From an uncultured Spirochaetota bacterium (GTDB taxonomy: Bacteria; Spirochaetota; Spirochaetia; SZUA-6; Fen-1364), in NCBI GenBank assembly GCA_963845535.1, contig CAWJSK010000002.1, positions 96,001 through 160,000 on the forward strand: DNA of 64,000 nucleotides, written 5' to 3'. Positions 51,695 to 62,567 of the stretch are shown piece by piece (the stretch's first letter is position 1; every line of letters starts with the position of its first letter). The position numbers were made by a program, and so were the translations under genes. The notes beneath the pieces are model-generated. The model searched no databases and was not told the DNA's origin. It saw nothing but the letters and a program-made list of their open reading frames with translations.

Positions 51695-53194
51695 CTAGAA
51701 CGTCTTCTTGAAAGCGGCCATCGCGGCGTTCAGCACTTCCGGTTCGGAAAGTGTGCCGAGGTTCCTGATGCCGGCCAGTATTTCCGGCTGCTTGCTCCGA
51801 AGCCATGCCAGAAACTTCTGCTCGAACTCCTTCACGCGTCCCACGGGAATGTCGTCAAGGAACCCTCGCGTCGCCGCGAACAGCACCATGACCTGCTCCT
51901 CCACCGGCATGGGGGAGTACTGCTGCTGCTTGAGCGCTTCCACCAGGCGGGCGCCGCGGGCAAGCTGCGCCTGCGTGGCCTTGTCCAGCTCCGTGCCCAT
52001 CTGGGAGAACGCTTCCAGCTCCCGGTAGGCTGCAAGGTCAATGCGGAGGGAGCCGGCCACCTGTTTCATGGCCTTGATCTGCGCGTTTCCTCCGACTCGT
52101 GACACCGACAACCCCACGTCGATGGCCGGCCTGATGCCGGCGTTGTACAGATCCGTGCGCAGGTAGATCTGGCCGTCGGTGATCGATATGACGTTCGTCG
52201 GGATGTAGGCGGAGACCTCGCCCTCCTGCGTCTCGATGAGCGGGATGGCGGTGAGCGAGCCTCCTCCGAGGTCGTCGGAGATACGCGCGGCGCGCTCCAG
52301 GAGGCGCGAGTGGAGATAGAATACGTCCCCCGGGTACGCTTCGCGTCCGGGCGGCCTGCGCAGGAGCAGCGAGAGCTGGCGGTACGCGTTGGCCTGGCGC
52401 GAGAGGTCGTCGTACACCACGAGCGTGTCCTTGTGCTCTTCGTACATGAAATACTCGGCCATCGCGCAGCCCGCGTACGGCGCGATGTACTGGAGGGAGG
52501 CAGGCTCGGCCGCCGTGGCGGCCACGACTATGGTGTGCTGCATGGCGCCGTGCTCTTTCAAGGCTTCCACGATGCCCGCCACCATGGACGCCTTCTGCCC
52601 GATGGCGACGTACACGCAGATCACGTCCTTGCCCTTCTGGTTCATGATGGCGTCGATGGCGATGGCTTCCTTGCCGGCGCCGCGGTCCCCGATGAGCAGC
52701 TCGCGCTGCCCCCTGCCAATGGGCACCATGGCGTCGATGGCTTTCACGCCCGTCTGCAGCGGCTCCTTCACGGACTGGCGGTCGCGGATGCCGGGCGCCT
52801 TGAACTCCACGGGCCTGCGCCGCGCGCTCGTGATTTCTCCCGCGTCGTCAATGGGAGCTCCCAGAGGGTTGACCACCCTCCCCACAAGCTCATGTCCCAC
52901 GGGGACCTCAAGCACGCGTCCCGTTCTCTTGACCTTTCCCCCTTCGTGCAGGTCCAGGTAATCCCCCAGGATGACCGCCCCAACGGAGTCTTCCTCGAGG
53001 TTCAGGGCGAGCCCGAACTCGCCGTTCTCGAACTCGAGCATCTCCATCGCCATTGCGCCGCGCATGCCGTAGATGCGCGCAATGCCGTCCCCCAGCTCGA
53101 CAATGGTGCCCACTTCGTCCACCGCGATGTTGCGGGAATAGCTGCGGATCTCCTCGCGGATCCGAGTGGATATCTCTTCAAGATTGATTCGCAT
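51695..53194 (-). CDS. atpA: ATP synthase F1 alpha subunit (atypical P-loop GDRGAGKE)
   Basis: [32 protein letters not shown] and SVSRVG motifs. Confidence 0.97.
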   Translation of the reverse strand: MRINLEEISTRIREEIRSYSRNIAVDEVGTIVELGDGIARIYGMRGAMAMEMLEFENGEFGLALNLEEDSVGAVILGDYLDLHEGGKVKRTGRVLEVPVGHELVGRVVNPLGAPIDDAGEITSARRRPVEFKAPGIRDRQSVKEPLQTGVKAIDAMVPIGRGQRELLIGDRGAGKEAIAIDAIMNQKGKDVICVYVAIGQKASMVAGIVEALKEHGAMQHTIVVAATAAEPASLQYIAPYAGCAMAEYFMYEEHKDTLVVYDDLSRQANAYRQLSLLLRRPPGREAYPGDVFYLHSRLLERAARISDDLGGGSLTAIPLIETQEGEVSAYIPTNVISITDGQIYLRTDLYNAGIRPAIDVGLSVSRVGGNAQIKAMKQVAGSLRIDLAAYRELEAFSQMGTELDKATQAQLARGARLVEALKQQQYSPMPVEEQVMVLFAATRGFLDDIPVGRVKEFEQKFLAWLRSKQPEILAGIRNLGTLSEPEVLNAAMAAFKKTF

Positions 53195-53203
53195 TTTTCG
53201 CTC

Positions 53204-53749
53204 CTAGTGCGTGCCATCCCGCGTCAGCCTGCCGTGCAGGTCCCTGAGCTGGCCTTCCGCCGTGAACTCCATCTCCTGGCCTTCGCTGAGCGCCAGCACC
53301 CCGCCGATGAGCGAAGAACGGACCTCCGTCTTCAGCTCCACGGTGCCCCCGTACCGGCCTTCCAGCGCTGAGCGTATGCGCCTTTTCTCCTCATCCCCGA
53401 GGGCGAACGCGGAGATGACCGTGGCGCGGCGCACGCCGCGCGCGATGCGCGACAACCGCTCGTACTCGTCATCGATCTCACCGAGCAGGCGGGCTCGGCC
53501 GCGCTCCGCCACAAGCAGCAGCAGCGTGAGCACGCGCGGGTCCACCTTTCCCTCGAAGGCGCTGAGGATCAGCTTGCGCTTGGGAGCGCGGCCCACGACA
53601 CGGGAGGCAAGGAAGTCCCGCGCCTCCTTGTCTTCGTACAGCGCCTCACGCGCGGCGCGCAGGTCGGCTTCGACCTGAGGGATTGATGAGTCCTCCACGG
53701 CAAGCTCGAAGAGCGCCCGTGCATAGTTGCGGGCAACGCCGCTGGTCAC
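53204..53749 (-). CDS. atpH: ATP synthase F1 delta subunit
   Basis: ARNYARALF and LIGG motifs; operon position. Confidence 0.93.
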   Translation of the reverse strand: MTSGVARNYARALFELAVEDSSIPQVEADLRAAREALYEDKEARDFLASRVVGRAPKRKLILSAFEGKVDPRVLTLLLLVAERGRARLLGEIDDEYERLSRIARGVRRATVISAFALGDEEKRRIRSALEGRYGGTVELKTEVRSSLIGGVLALSEGQEMEFTAEGQLRDLHGRLTRDGTH

Positions 53750-54273
53750 GGCGACTGCCCGCCGGTCGGGTTCCCGCCGGTCTTCCCGCCGATCAGGCGG
53801 TCGGCGAACTCTTCGACAAAGGTCCGGTTGTCCCGGGTCCCGGTCTCTCGTTTCAGGACTGCGTCCGCGATGGCGAAGGACATCTCGACAATCTGACTGC
53901 GGATCCCCATCTCCGCCGTCTCACGGGCCTTCTCGATCTCCTGGGCGGCCTTTGTCTTCTGCTCACGCACCTCGGTCCAGGACTTCTCCAGCATCTCCTC
54001 CCGCATGCGGGCAGCCTCGGTGCGCGCCTCTTCGATGAGCTGCGCCGCTTCCACCTTCCCGCGCTTGATGGTATCGTCATATTCGGCCAGCACCACGGAG
54101 GCCTTTTCCTGGGCCAGGCGCCCGGCCTCGAGATCCGACGCGATCTTCTGCGACCTCTTGTCCAGGGCCCCGGTGATCCGGTCCCACGCGGTGAAGCGCA
54201 GGATCAGGAGGATGATGCCGAAGGTGATCCATAGCCAGAGGACGAGGCCGGGATCAACTCGCAAGAGAGCCAT
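53746..54273 (-). CDS. atpF: ATP synthase Fo subunit b
   Basis: N-terminal TM followed by a coiled coil; operon position. Confidence 0.93.
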   Translation of the reverse strand: MALLRVDPGLVLWLWITFGIILLILRFTAWDRITGALDKRSQKIASDLEAGRLAQEKASVVLAEYDDTIKRGKVEAAQLIEEARTEAARMREEMLEKSWTEVREQKTKAAQEIEKARETAEMGIRSQIVEMSFAIADAVLKRETGTRDNRTFVEEFADRLIGGKTGGNPTGGQSP

Positions 54274-54285
54274 TGCGGACCTCTC

Positions 54286-54537
54286 CTACATGACGATGGC
54301 GAGGATGCAGATCACCAGCGCGATGATGCCGACCCCCTCCACGAGGACCGCGGCAAGCAGCATGTTGGTCTGGATCTTCCCGGAGGCTTCCGGTTGGCGG
54401 GAGATGCCCTCCGCCGCTGCGGCGCCTATGCGGCCAAGGCCCAGCCCCACGCCAAGAACGGCAAGGCCTGCGCCGATGGTGGCGCCGATGAATGCCCCAA
54501 ACTTCATGATTGCGGGGGCGAGTGTTGAGAGGTCCAT
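54286..54537 (-). CDS. atpE: ATP synthase Fo subunit c (probably H+-type)
   Basis: GxGxG motif, RQPE loop and LVEGV carrier Glu. Lacks the Na+-type Gln and ES/T ligands. AAGGAG RBS. Confidence 0.95.
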   Translation of the reverse strand: MDLSTLAPAIMKFGAFIGATIGAGLAVLGVGLGLGRIGAAAAEGISRQPEASGKIQTNMLLAAVLVEGVGIIALVICILAIVM

Positions 54538-54560
54538 TGTCTGTCTCCTTTCGAATGTGT

Positions 54561-55490
54561 TCAGTGCGCGCGCTGCGCAATCCCGATGAACAGCGCGGAG
54601 AGGAACGAGAATATGTAGGCCTGGAGCACCGCGACAAAAAGCTCCAGCGACATGATGGCGAGATCCACGATCACCGCGATGGGACCCACCGCGAGGGACT
54701 GGAACTTCAGGATGAGAAGCAGGATGAGGAGGAGCGCCACGTGACCGCCGATCATGTTCGCGAAAAGCCTCATGATGAGCGCGAGCGTCTTGGAGAGGAT
54801 GCCCACGAACTCCAGCAGCAGCGTGAAGGGAAGCATCCAGCCGGGCGTTCCCTCGGGAGCGAGCCTCCGCCAATAGCCGAAGGCGCCCTTCGCGCGCATC
54901 CCCGATACATTGAAGACGACGAACGTGATGAGCCCCAGGCCCAGCGTCGTGGCGAGGTTGCCCGTGACCGCGCCTCCCAGCCATACCGCTTCGCTTTCTC
55001 CCGGCGGCTTGATGGGGGCGAAGGGCGGGATCATCCCCACGAGGTTGCCGTAGAGGATGAACAGGAACAGCGTGAAGCACAGGAGGTGAAACCGCCGGCC
55101 CTCGGGACCCAGCACGGGCTCGTAGACCTGCTCTCGCATGTACTGCAGCAGGGCCTCGAAGAGGCTCTGGAGGCGGGTCGGGGTTCGGAACGGGTTTTTC
55201 AGCTTGTGGGCGAGATAGAACATGGAGGCAAGGACGAGCAGCCCCACAAGAGTCATGAGGATGAAATGCTTCGTGATGGAAATCGTGAGCGTGAAGGTGC
55301 CAATGGTGAACAGCGGGATCCGGGCAAACGGATGCTCGAAGCTGTCCGTGATCTCGGTGAACAGGACCTTGGAGAGGTTGAACGGCTGTTGCGCTGGCGC
55401 GGCCGCATGCGCTGCGGCACACGGGAGCACGGAAAGCGCAAGACAGGCCAAGGCCGCGCGCGCTCCGCGGCCGCTCAAAAGGCTCCGAAT
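54561..55490 (-). CDS. atpB: ATP synthase Fo subunit a with a signal-peptide-like N-terminal extension (start uncertain: 55550 ATG, 55490 ATT or 55478 TTG)
   Basis: MRLFANMIGGH and LQAYIF motifs. Confidence 0.92.
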   Translation of the reverse strand: MRSLLSGRGARAALACLALSVLPCAAAHAAAPAQQPFNLSKVLFTEITDSFEHPFARIPLFTIGTFTLTISITKHFILMTLVGLLVLASMFYLAHKLKNPFRTPTRLQSLFEALLQYMREQVYEPVLGPEGRRFHLLCFTLFLFILYGNLVGMIPPFAPIKPPGESEAVWLGGAVTGNLATTLGLGLITFVVFNVSGMRAKGAFGYWRRLAPEGTPGWMLPFTLLLEFVGILSKTLALIMRLFANMIGGHVALLLILLLILKFQSLAVGPIAVIVDLAIMSLELFVAVLQAYIFSFLSALFIGIAQRAH

Positions 55491-55612
55491 ACGTCCCTCC
55501 TGAATGTGATATCTCCGCTTCCCGTCCGGCGCGGCCTGCCTGCGGAGCATACCACGGCGGAAAACAGGAAAGCGGGGCTTCTCAATTCATGAATCGGGAT
55601 TTTCTGCACCCG

Positions 55613-55641
55613 AATGTAGCATATTTTCAGGGATCTGTCCA
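55613..55641 (-). promoter_or_regulatory. Promoter of the atp operon
   Basis: TGGACA-N17-TACATT with a TG extension. Confidence 0.6.
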
Positions 55642-55731
55642 CGGAACGGCGGCGCGTTTCGGGCGCGTTTCTTTCCCCACAACGAAGGAATTCAGTACCT
55701 TTCATTCGTAGGAAAAGAGGAGGCTCGAGCG

Positions 55732-57234
55732 TTGCAACTGCCACGGACCCTTGGAGAACTGAAAAAATCAGGATACAAACCGAAAAGCGTCAAGGAGGAA
55801 ATGCGGGCCAACGTCGTGCGCATGCTGCGCGCGAAAGAGGACCTCTTCCCCGGCATCATCGGCTACGAATCAACGGTGATCCCGGGGCTTGTGAACGCCC
55901 TCCTGTCCCATCATGACTTCATCCTGCTCGGACTGCGCGGCCAGGCCAAGACGCGGATCCTGCGCAGCCTCGTGAGGCTGCTGGATGAGCAGGTCCCCGT
56001 TATCGCGGGGACGGAGATCAACGATGATCCGTTCAACCCGGTGAGCAGAAAGGGCAGGGAGACCATCGCGGCAAAAGGGGATGAGGCTCCCATCGAGTGG
56101 ATCAGCCGTGAGGAGCGCTACCGCGAAAAGCTCGCCACCCCGGACGTCACAATCGCCGACCTGATTGGAGACATTGACCCCATCAAGGCCGCCACCCGCA
56201 AGCTCACGTATGCGGACGAGGAGGTCATCCACTTCGGGATCATCCCGAGGACCAACCGGGGGATATTCGCAATCAACGAGCTTCCCGACCTTCCGCCCCG
56301 GATCCAGGTCGGTCTGTTGAATATTATGGAAGAAAAGGACATCCAGATCAGGGGTTTCCCCATCCGGATGAAGCTCGACATTGTGATGGTCTATTCGGCC
56401 AACCCCGAGGACTACACCAACAGGGGCAACATCATCACGCCGCTGAAGGACCGGATCGACTCTCAGATCATCACCCACTACCCGCAGGACAGGCAGGCGG
56501 CCATGCGGATCACCGCGCAAGAGGCGTGGACCGCCCGGGATTGCGGAATCGAGCTCGTCATGCCGGACTGGTTCCGCGAGCTGGTGGAGGAAGTGGCATT
56601 TGCCGCGCGCGCCAGCGAGTTCGTGAACCAGGCATCCGGAGTTTCGGCCCGCATGAGCATTTCGCTCCTCGAGAACGTGTTGAGCAACATGGAGCGCCGC
56701 GCAATCCTGCACGGCGAGAAGCGCGTCTATCCGCGCATCGGGGACCTGCACGCGGCCGTGACGGCCATCACGGGCAAGGTGGAGCTGGTCTATGAAGGCG
56801 AGCAGCAGGGCGCGGCCATCGTGGCGCGCAAGATCATCGGAGAGGCGGTGAAGGAGACCTTCCACCGCAGGTTCCCCGACCCCACGCCGAAGAAGAAAAA
56901 GAAAGACGGGTCGGAAGAACAGCCCATGCGCACGGAATCATCTCCGTTCCACGCCGTCCTGAGCTGGTTCTCCAAGGGGAACACCGTGGAGACTTCCGAT
57001 GAGATGCCCTTCGACGAGTACATGAAGCGGCTGGAGAAGGTGCAGGGGCTCAAGGAGCTTGCCGCGCATCATCTCGATCTCAAGGAAGGGGACGGCATCG
57101 GCCTGGGGATGGAGTTCGTCCTCGAGGGTCTGCACCAGCACTCGATGGTCTCCAAGCGGGAGGAAGGCGTGAAGGTCGCCTACCGCGACATGCTCAAGGC
57201 TATGTTCGATCACATGGCGCAGAGCGAGGACTAG
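55732..57234 (+). CDS. AAA+ ATPase of the 'magnesium chelatase-like' type partnered with vWA proteins
   Basis: GLRGQAKT, FAINELPDL and ANPEDYTNRG motifs; GAGGAGG RBS and TTG start. Confidence 0.85.
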   Translation: MQLPRTLGELKKSGYKPKSVKEEMRANVVRMLRAKEDLFPGIIGYESTVIPGLVNALLSHHDFILLGLRGQAKTRILRSLVRLLDEQVPVIAGTEINDDPFNPVSRKGRETIAAKGDEAPIEWISREERYREKLATPDVTIADLIGDIDPIKAATRKLTYADEEVIHFGIIPRTNRGIFAINELPDLPPRIQVGLLNIMEEKDIQIRGFPIRMKLDIVMVYSANPEDYTNRGNIITPLKDRIDSQIITHYPQDRQAAMRITAQEAWTARDCGIELVMPDWFRELVEEVAFAARASEFVNQASGVSARMSISLLENVLSNMERRAILHGEKRVYPRIGDLHAAVTAITGKVELVYEGEQQGAAIVARKIIGEAVKETFHRRFPDPTPKKKKKDGSEEQPMRTESSPFHAVLSWFSKGNTVETSDEMPFDEYMKRLEKVQGLKELAAHHLDLKEGDGIGLGMEFVLEGLHQHSMVSKREEGVKVAYRDMLKAMFDHMAQSED

Positions 57235-57262
57235 GGACCAGGGCCAAGGAAAGAAGCAAAGG

Positions 57263-58354
57263 ATGCTTTGGGAATATTCCGAGTGGGACCAGACCCTCCA
57301 GGACCTGCTGAAAAGCTTCCAGGACCTGATGAGTCTCTTCAACTACCTGCTCCTCATGGCGGGCGGGGACGTGGACAAGGTGTTCAAGTGGATGGAATAC
57401 CTCCAGGAGAGGGGAAGCATCGATCCCGACGTGGACCTGGAGGAGTTCCGCCGCAAGCTCGAGGAGAACCGGATCGTGGAGAGGCTGAAGGAGGGCGGGT
57501 ACAGCCTGACCGCGAAAGGCGAGCAGATCATCCGCAAGGACTCGTTGAACCAGATATTCTCCAACCTGCAGAAGTCCGGTTTCGGGCAGCACCGCATACC
57601 GTCCACCGGAAGCGGAGAGGAGAGGCTCACGGAGACACGGGCGTGGCGATTCGGGGACCCTGTCACGCAGATCGACGCGCTGGGGACCATCTCCAACGCG
57701 GTCAAGCGCGGCGGCGTGGATGAGATTTCCCTCGCGGAGGAGGACCTGGAGGTCTATGAGACGGAGCACCTCTCCTCCTGCGCAACGATGCTCCTCATCG
57801 ACATCAGCCACAGCATGATCCTCTACGGAGAGGACAGGATCACGCCTGCCAAGCAAGTGGCCCTCGCGCTGACGGAGCTGATCCTGACCCGCTACCCCAA
57901 GGACACGCTGCGCGTGGGGACGTTCGGGGATGAGGCGCGCGAGATCGCAATCAGCGACATCCCGTATCTGCAGGTGGGCCCCTTCCACACCAACACGCGC
58001 GCCGGCCTGGAGATGGCGCAGACCATCCTGGAGGGAACGCGCCAGACCAACAGGCAGATCTTCATGGTGACGGACGGCAAGCCCACGGCCATCACGGAGA
58101 ACGGAGAGGTCTACAAGAACCCCTACGGCTTCGACCCGAAGATCCTGGCTCAGACCCTGGAGGCGGCAGCGGAATGCAAGAAGGCCGGCATAACCATCAC
58201 CACGTTCATGCTGGCCACCGACCCCGAGCTCGTGAACTTCGTGGACGAGATGACCAAGCTCAACAGGGGGCGGGCCTACTTCGCTTCCGCGGACAAGCTG
58301 GGGGAGTTCCTGTTCGCGGACTACATCCGCAACAAGCGCAGGATGCTCCACTAG
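57263..58354 (+). CDS. vWA-domain protein
   Basis: MIDAS motif DISHS; TNT and VTDGKPT motifs. Confidence 0.88.
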   Translation: MLWEYSEWDQTLQDLLKSFQDLMSLFNYLLLMAGGDVDKVFKWMEYLQERGSIDPDVDLEEFRRKLEENRIVERLKEGGYSLTAKGEQIIRKDSLNQIFSNLQKSGFGQHRIPSTGSGEERLTETRAWRFGDPVTQIDALGTISNAVKRGGVDEISLAEEDLEVYETEHLSSCATMLLIDISHSMILYGEDRITPAKQVALALTELILTRYPKDTLRVGTFGDEAREIAISDIPYLQVGPFHTNTRAGLEMAQTILEGTRQTNRQIFMVTDGKPTAITENGEVYKNPYGFDPKILAQTLEAAAECKKAGITITTFMLATDPELVNFVDEMTKLNRGRAYFASADKLGEFLFADYIRNKRRMLH

Positions 58355-58371
58355 CACGGCCGAAGGCCGTG

Positions 58372-60522
58372 CTACTTCACCGTGAGGTTGAATACGCCGT
58401 CCCAGTCCGCGGCGGGCGGGGCGGCGCGAAAGGCCGCAATCCGCTTCAGGAACACCGCGCTTGCGTCATCGTTGAACTTTTCCTTCAGGAAGTAGAAGCA
58501 CTCCTCCGCGCCAGCCCAGACCTGCCGGCGGTAGAGGGAGAGTCCCTCCTCGAACACGCGCTTGATCTCGTGGTTCCTGTCAGATGATTTTTCCTTCTCC
58601 TGGAGAAGCTCGAAGATCCGCACCGGTGTCCGCTTCCCCTTGACCGTGAGCAGGTCGATTTCCCGGCACAGGTAGACGTTCTTCGCCTTCTCATACACGA
58701 CCTCGGAGAGCAGCGCGCGCGTCCCGTAGCTCTTGTTCACCCCCTCCAGTCGCGCGGCCTGGTTCACCGTGTCGCCGATGCTCGTGAAGTCCATGCGGTC
58801 CCGGGCGCCGACGCTGCCGAAGATCACCGGCCCGCTGTGAATGCCGATCCCGATGGCCACCGGGCGCGTGCTGGAAAGGTCAGCCAGCTCCTTCTCCCGG
58901 GACATGGCGGCAATGATCTGCGCGCCCGCCCGGCAGGCCGCCACCTCCTTGCCCGACCCCTTGAAAACGGCCATCACCGCGTCCCCGACGAACTTGTCGA
59001 TGTCACCGCCGTTGGCGATGATGATCCCCGCCTGCAGGTCCAGATAGCGGTTGAGCATCCGGACCACGGCCTCGGGGCTCTGTCCTTCGCAGAACGTGGT
59101 GAACCCCCGGATGTCGGTGAAAAGGAAGGCGAGGTTCCTCTTCTCCGTCCGCGGCGTGTCCCGTTCGGAATGCGTCAGCGTGGAGGCCGAAATGTAGGGG
59201 ATCAGGCCGCGGATGACGCGGGTCATGGCGCCGACCTCCCCGGAAAGCATGGAGATCTCATCGTTGGTGCGCACGCGGTCTTTGTATTTCGGGAGCCTCA
59301 CCTCGCCTCGGCCTCGTCCCTTGACCATCTCCGACACGGCATTGGAGACCTCGCTCACGCTCATGCACAGGGACAGGATGGGGAAGACGATGCTGCGGCC
59401 GAACAGGGAGAAGAGGAACACCGCGGCATAGGCGGAGAGCCCGGCAATGAGGACCACCTTCACGACCGTGCGGAAATATTGCTCGGCCACGACATCGTGC
59501 GCCATTTCCACGCTCACGTACCCGGACGGTCCCCCGGCGACGGACACGGGAGAAAAGAACTCATATGCGTCTTCGTCCGCCAGGAGCCGATATCCCGTGG
59601 CCGCGGCAGCCGGTGGCCGCAGCGGCGGCTTCCGGCCGACCCGTGACCTGTCCGTGCTTGCAACCACCTCGAAAAGGCCGGACCGGGCGTCCTTTTCGAC
59701 GTAGCTGATGGCCAGAAACGGCAGCTCGGAGGCCCGGTTCTTCCTGCCTTCCAGCGTCATGTACCCCGCCACTGCCCCGGGGGACGCCGAGGCGGTCTGG
59801 ACCACGCTGGCCGTGCGCTCCGCCAGCGCCTTTCCGTCCGCGATGGATGAGGCAAGCGCGGTGCGGCTGAAATCCCGCAGCATCACGAGAGACGGCACGA
59901 TGATGACGGCAAGCACGAATGGCAGCATGGTCATGGCGAGCCGTCTCTGGATCCCTTGGCCCATCAGCGACGTGAGCGGCCTGCGAAACGCTGCGCGGCG
60001 TTTGCGGCTGTACGCAAGCAATTCCTGAAAGGCGGGGTCCGACTGCTTGACGGAGTCGATGAATCGGATGAGAGAGAATGCATTCCAGGCCACGGAAGCG
60101 AAGAACACGGCGTACGCCAGCCAGGAAAGGGCGTGGAACCAGGACGGTCCCGACGCGAAAGCGACCATCTGGATCATGAGGACCGCGACGGCAAGCCCCG
60201 AGCACAGCACGTTCAGCACGATGGGTGTCACCCGCGTTGGGTCGGCCAGCGAGGGGGCGCGATGCTCGAAAAATGCCGCGGCGATCTTGGCCGCGCACAG
60301 GAGCGGGATGGGGTACGCCACGCAGGTGGCGAGGAGGAACCGCAGAATCCCGTCATGGTCCGGGTCGAGGAAGGAAAGAGGGAGGAGGGGCGGCACCATG
60401 CCAGAACGCGCATGGGCGAAGAAGGGCGCGAAAAACCACGCCAGCAGAAGGAGAGAGTACGCCACTTCGCCGGCGTGAAGGACAGAGTTACGGCGGATGT
60501 TGATGAAAGAAAATACGTTCAT
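58372..60522 (-). CDS. Membrane class III adenylate/guanylate cyclase with a HAMP-like region and TPR-like tail
   Basis: FTDIRGFT, DKFVGD, DFTSIGDTVNQAARLE and VKGK motifs; the specificity residues K and D suggest adenylate cyclase. Confidence 0.9.
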   Translation of the reverse strand: MNVFSFINIRRNSVLHAGEVAYSLLLLAWFFAPFFAHARSGMVPPLLPLSFLDPDHDGILRFLLATCVAYPIPLLCAAKIAAAFFEHRAPSLADPTRVTPIVLNVLCSGLAVAVLMIQMVAFASGPSWFHALSWLAYAVFFASVAWNAFSLIRFIDSVKQSDPAFQELLAYSRKRRAAFRRPLTSLMGQGIQRRLAMTMLPFVLAVIIVPSLVMLRDFSRTALASSIADGKALAERTASVVQTASASPGAVAGYMTLEGRKNRASELPFLAISYVEKDARSGLFEVVASTDRSRVGRKPPLRPPAAAATGYRLLADEDAYEFFSPVSVAGGPSGYVSVEMAHDVVAEQYFRTVVKVVLIAGLSAYAAVFLFSLFGRSIVFPILSLCMSVSEVSNAVSEMVKGRGRGEVRLPKYKDRVRTNDEISMLSGEVGAMTRVIRGLIPYISASTLTHSERDTPRTEKRNLAFLFTDIRGFTTFCEGQSPEAVVRMLNRYLDLQAGIIIANGGDIDKFVGDAVMAVFKGSGKEVAACRAGAQIIAAMSREKELADLSSTRPVAIGIGIHSGPVIFGSVGARDRMDFTSIGDTVNQAARLEGVNKSYGTRALLSEVVYEKAKNVYLCREIDLLTVKGKRTPVRIFELLQEKEKSSDRNHEIKRVFEEGLSLYRRQVWAGAEECFYFLKEKFNDDASAVFLKRIAAFRAAPPAADWDGVFNLTVK

Positions 60523-60691
60523 GTCGGAATCCCGAGAATCGGCTCGTAGTATAGATCGGCAGACAAGGCTCAACAATCGGCCGGATTCTCAAAATTACAC
60601 ATCTGTAACACCAGGGGCGCTCTTTACCGAGCCGCTCTTTCCGATGTAACTTTTCTGGAAACAGCACGAGCACCAGGGAGAGTCCACGGCA

Positions 60692-62543
60692 ATGGCAACG
60701 CATAAGTTCCAGGCGGAAGTCAGCCAGCTTCTGACACTCATCATTCATTCTCTGTACTCGCACCCCGAGATCTTCCTCCGCGAGCTGGTCTCCAATGCCT
60801 CTGACGCATTGGACAAGCTGAAGTATCTCACGCTGACCCAGGAGGAGTACAAGGGCGTGCCTTTCGTTCCCCGCATCGACATTTCCTTCGACACGAAGGA
60901 CCGAAAGACCCTCACCGTTTCCGACACGGGGATCGGTATGAACGATGCCGACCTGGAGGAGAACCTCGGCACGATTGCCAGATCCGGCACGAAGCAGTTC
61001 CTTCAGGCCATGGCCGCGGACGCGAAAAAGAGCTCCGGCCTCATTGGCCAGTTCGGGGTCGGATTCTATTCCTCGTTCATGGTGGCGGACACGGTGGAGG
61101 TGGTCTCCCGCAAGATCGGGGACGAAAAAGCGTGGAAATGGACGAGCGACGGCAAGGGGGAATACGAGATCGCGGAAGCAGAGCGAAGCGGCTGCGGCAC
61201 CACGGTCACGCTATTCCTCAATGAACAGGGCAGGGAGTACGCGGACCGATGGAGGATGGAGGACATCATCCGCAAGTATTCCAACCACATCGCCTTCCCC
61301 ATCCATCTCCATTACGAGGAGGAGGGTCAGCACGGCGGGAAGGTGGACAAGGTTTCCCAGGTCAACTCCGCCCTTGCCCTGTGGAAGAGGCCGAAGAACG
61401 ATCTGAAGGATGAGGACTACAAGGAGTTCTACAAGACGCTGACCCATGACACGGAGGACCCGCTGCTCTGGATCCACCACTCCGTGGAGGGTGCGCTCGC
61501 GTACACTACACTGTTCTACATTCCCCGCAAGGCGCCGTTCGACCTTTTCCACTACGACTACCAGCCCGGGGTCAAGCTCTACATCAAGCGGGTGTTCATC
61601 ACGGAGAATGAGAAAGAGCTTCTTCCCGTCTACATGCGTTTCGTGCGCGGGATCATCGATTCGGAGGACCTCCCGCTGAACGTCAGCCGGGAGATATTGC
61701 AGAAGAACCGTGTCATGGAGAACATCCGTTCCTCCTCCGTGCGCAAGGTCCTGCAGGAGCTTGCCCAGCTCGCAAAGGACACGGGGACCTATGACACGTT
61801 CTGGACTGAGCTCGGAAGGGTCCTCAAGGAGGGCCTCCTCCAGGACCACGAGCATAGAGACCAGCTCCTGGAGCTTGTACGGTACAAGTCCACGACGGTG
61901 GAGGGATGGACAAGCCTGTCCCAGTACCGTGACAGGATGAAGAAAGACCAGAAAGCCATCTATTATATAACGGGCGGCCGGGAGTCCGCGCTTCGCAACT
62001 CTCCGCTCCTGGAGGCGTACAAGGCCAAGGGCTTCGAGGTCCTCATCATGGATGATGAGATCGACGAGATCGCAGCTTCCTCCATCGGCACCTTCATGGA
62101 AACGGAGCTGAAAGCAGTGAACCGGTCCGCCGCAGCGGAAGACCTCAAGACGGACGGGGACGCCGCCAAAGCGGCCGCCATTGATCCCCTCGTCAAGAAG
62201 GTGAAGGAGGTGCTGGGAGACGCGGTGAAGGACGTGAGGGCGTCCACCCGGCTTGCGGATTCCCCTTCCTGCATCGTGGTGGATGACAAAGACCCCACCA
62301 TGCAGATGCAGCAGATCCTGAAGCTCATGGGCAACCGCGACTTTCCCGAGGTGAAGCCTATCCTGGAGCTCAACCCTTCCCACCCCATCGTGGCCAAGCT
62401 GGCCGCCATCACGGATGGGGACCGTGATCGCGGATACGAGCCGCCTCCTTCTCGACCAGGCGCTTCTCGTGGAGGGCGGGGAGCTCAAAGACCCCGCGGG
62501 GTTCGTAAAGAGGTTGAACCGCGCTCTGGAAAAGGCCCTGTAG
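60692..62543 (+). CDS. htpG: Hsp90 chaperone HtpG (frameshift at the G-run near 62417-62421)
   Basis: [23 protein letters not shown] and LPLNVSRE motifs. The alternative frame gives the canonical [12 protein letters not shown]...FVKRLN, ending at TAG 62541-62543. Confidence 0.95.
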
Positions 62544-62567
62544 CCGGGCCCGGGGAAGCATGCGGCC

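Noticed and set aside
54286..55422. 378-aa ORF ending in ATP synthase subunit c (apparent fusion)
   Set aside because: The upstream part is an off-frame overlap with atpB; atpE has its own RBS and start at 54537.
60523..60691. CIRCE heat-shock operator before htpG
   Set aside because: No TTAGCACTC-N9-GAGTGCTAA match.
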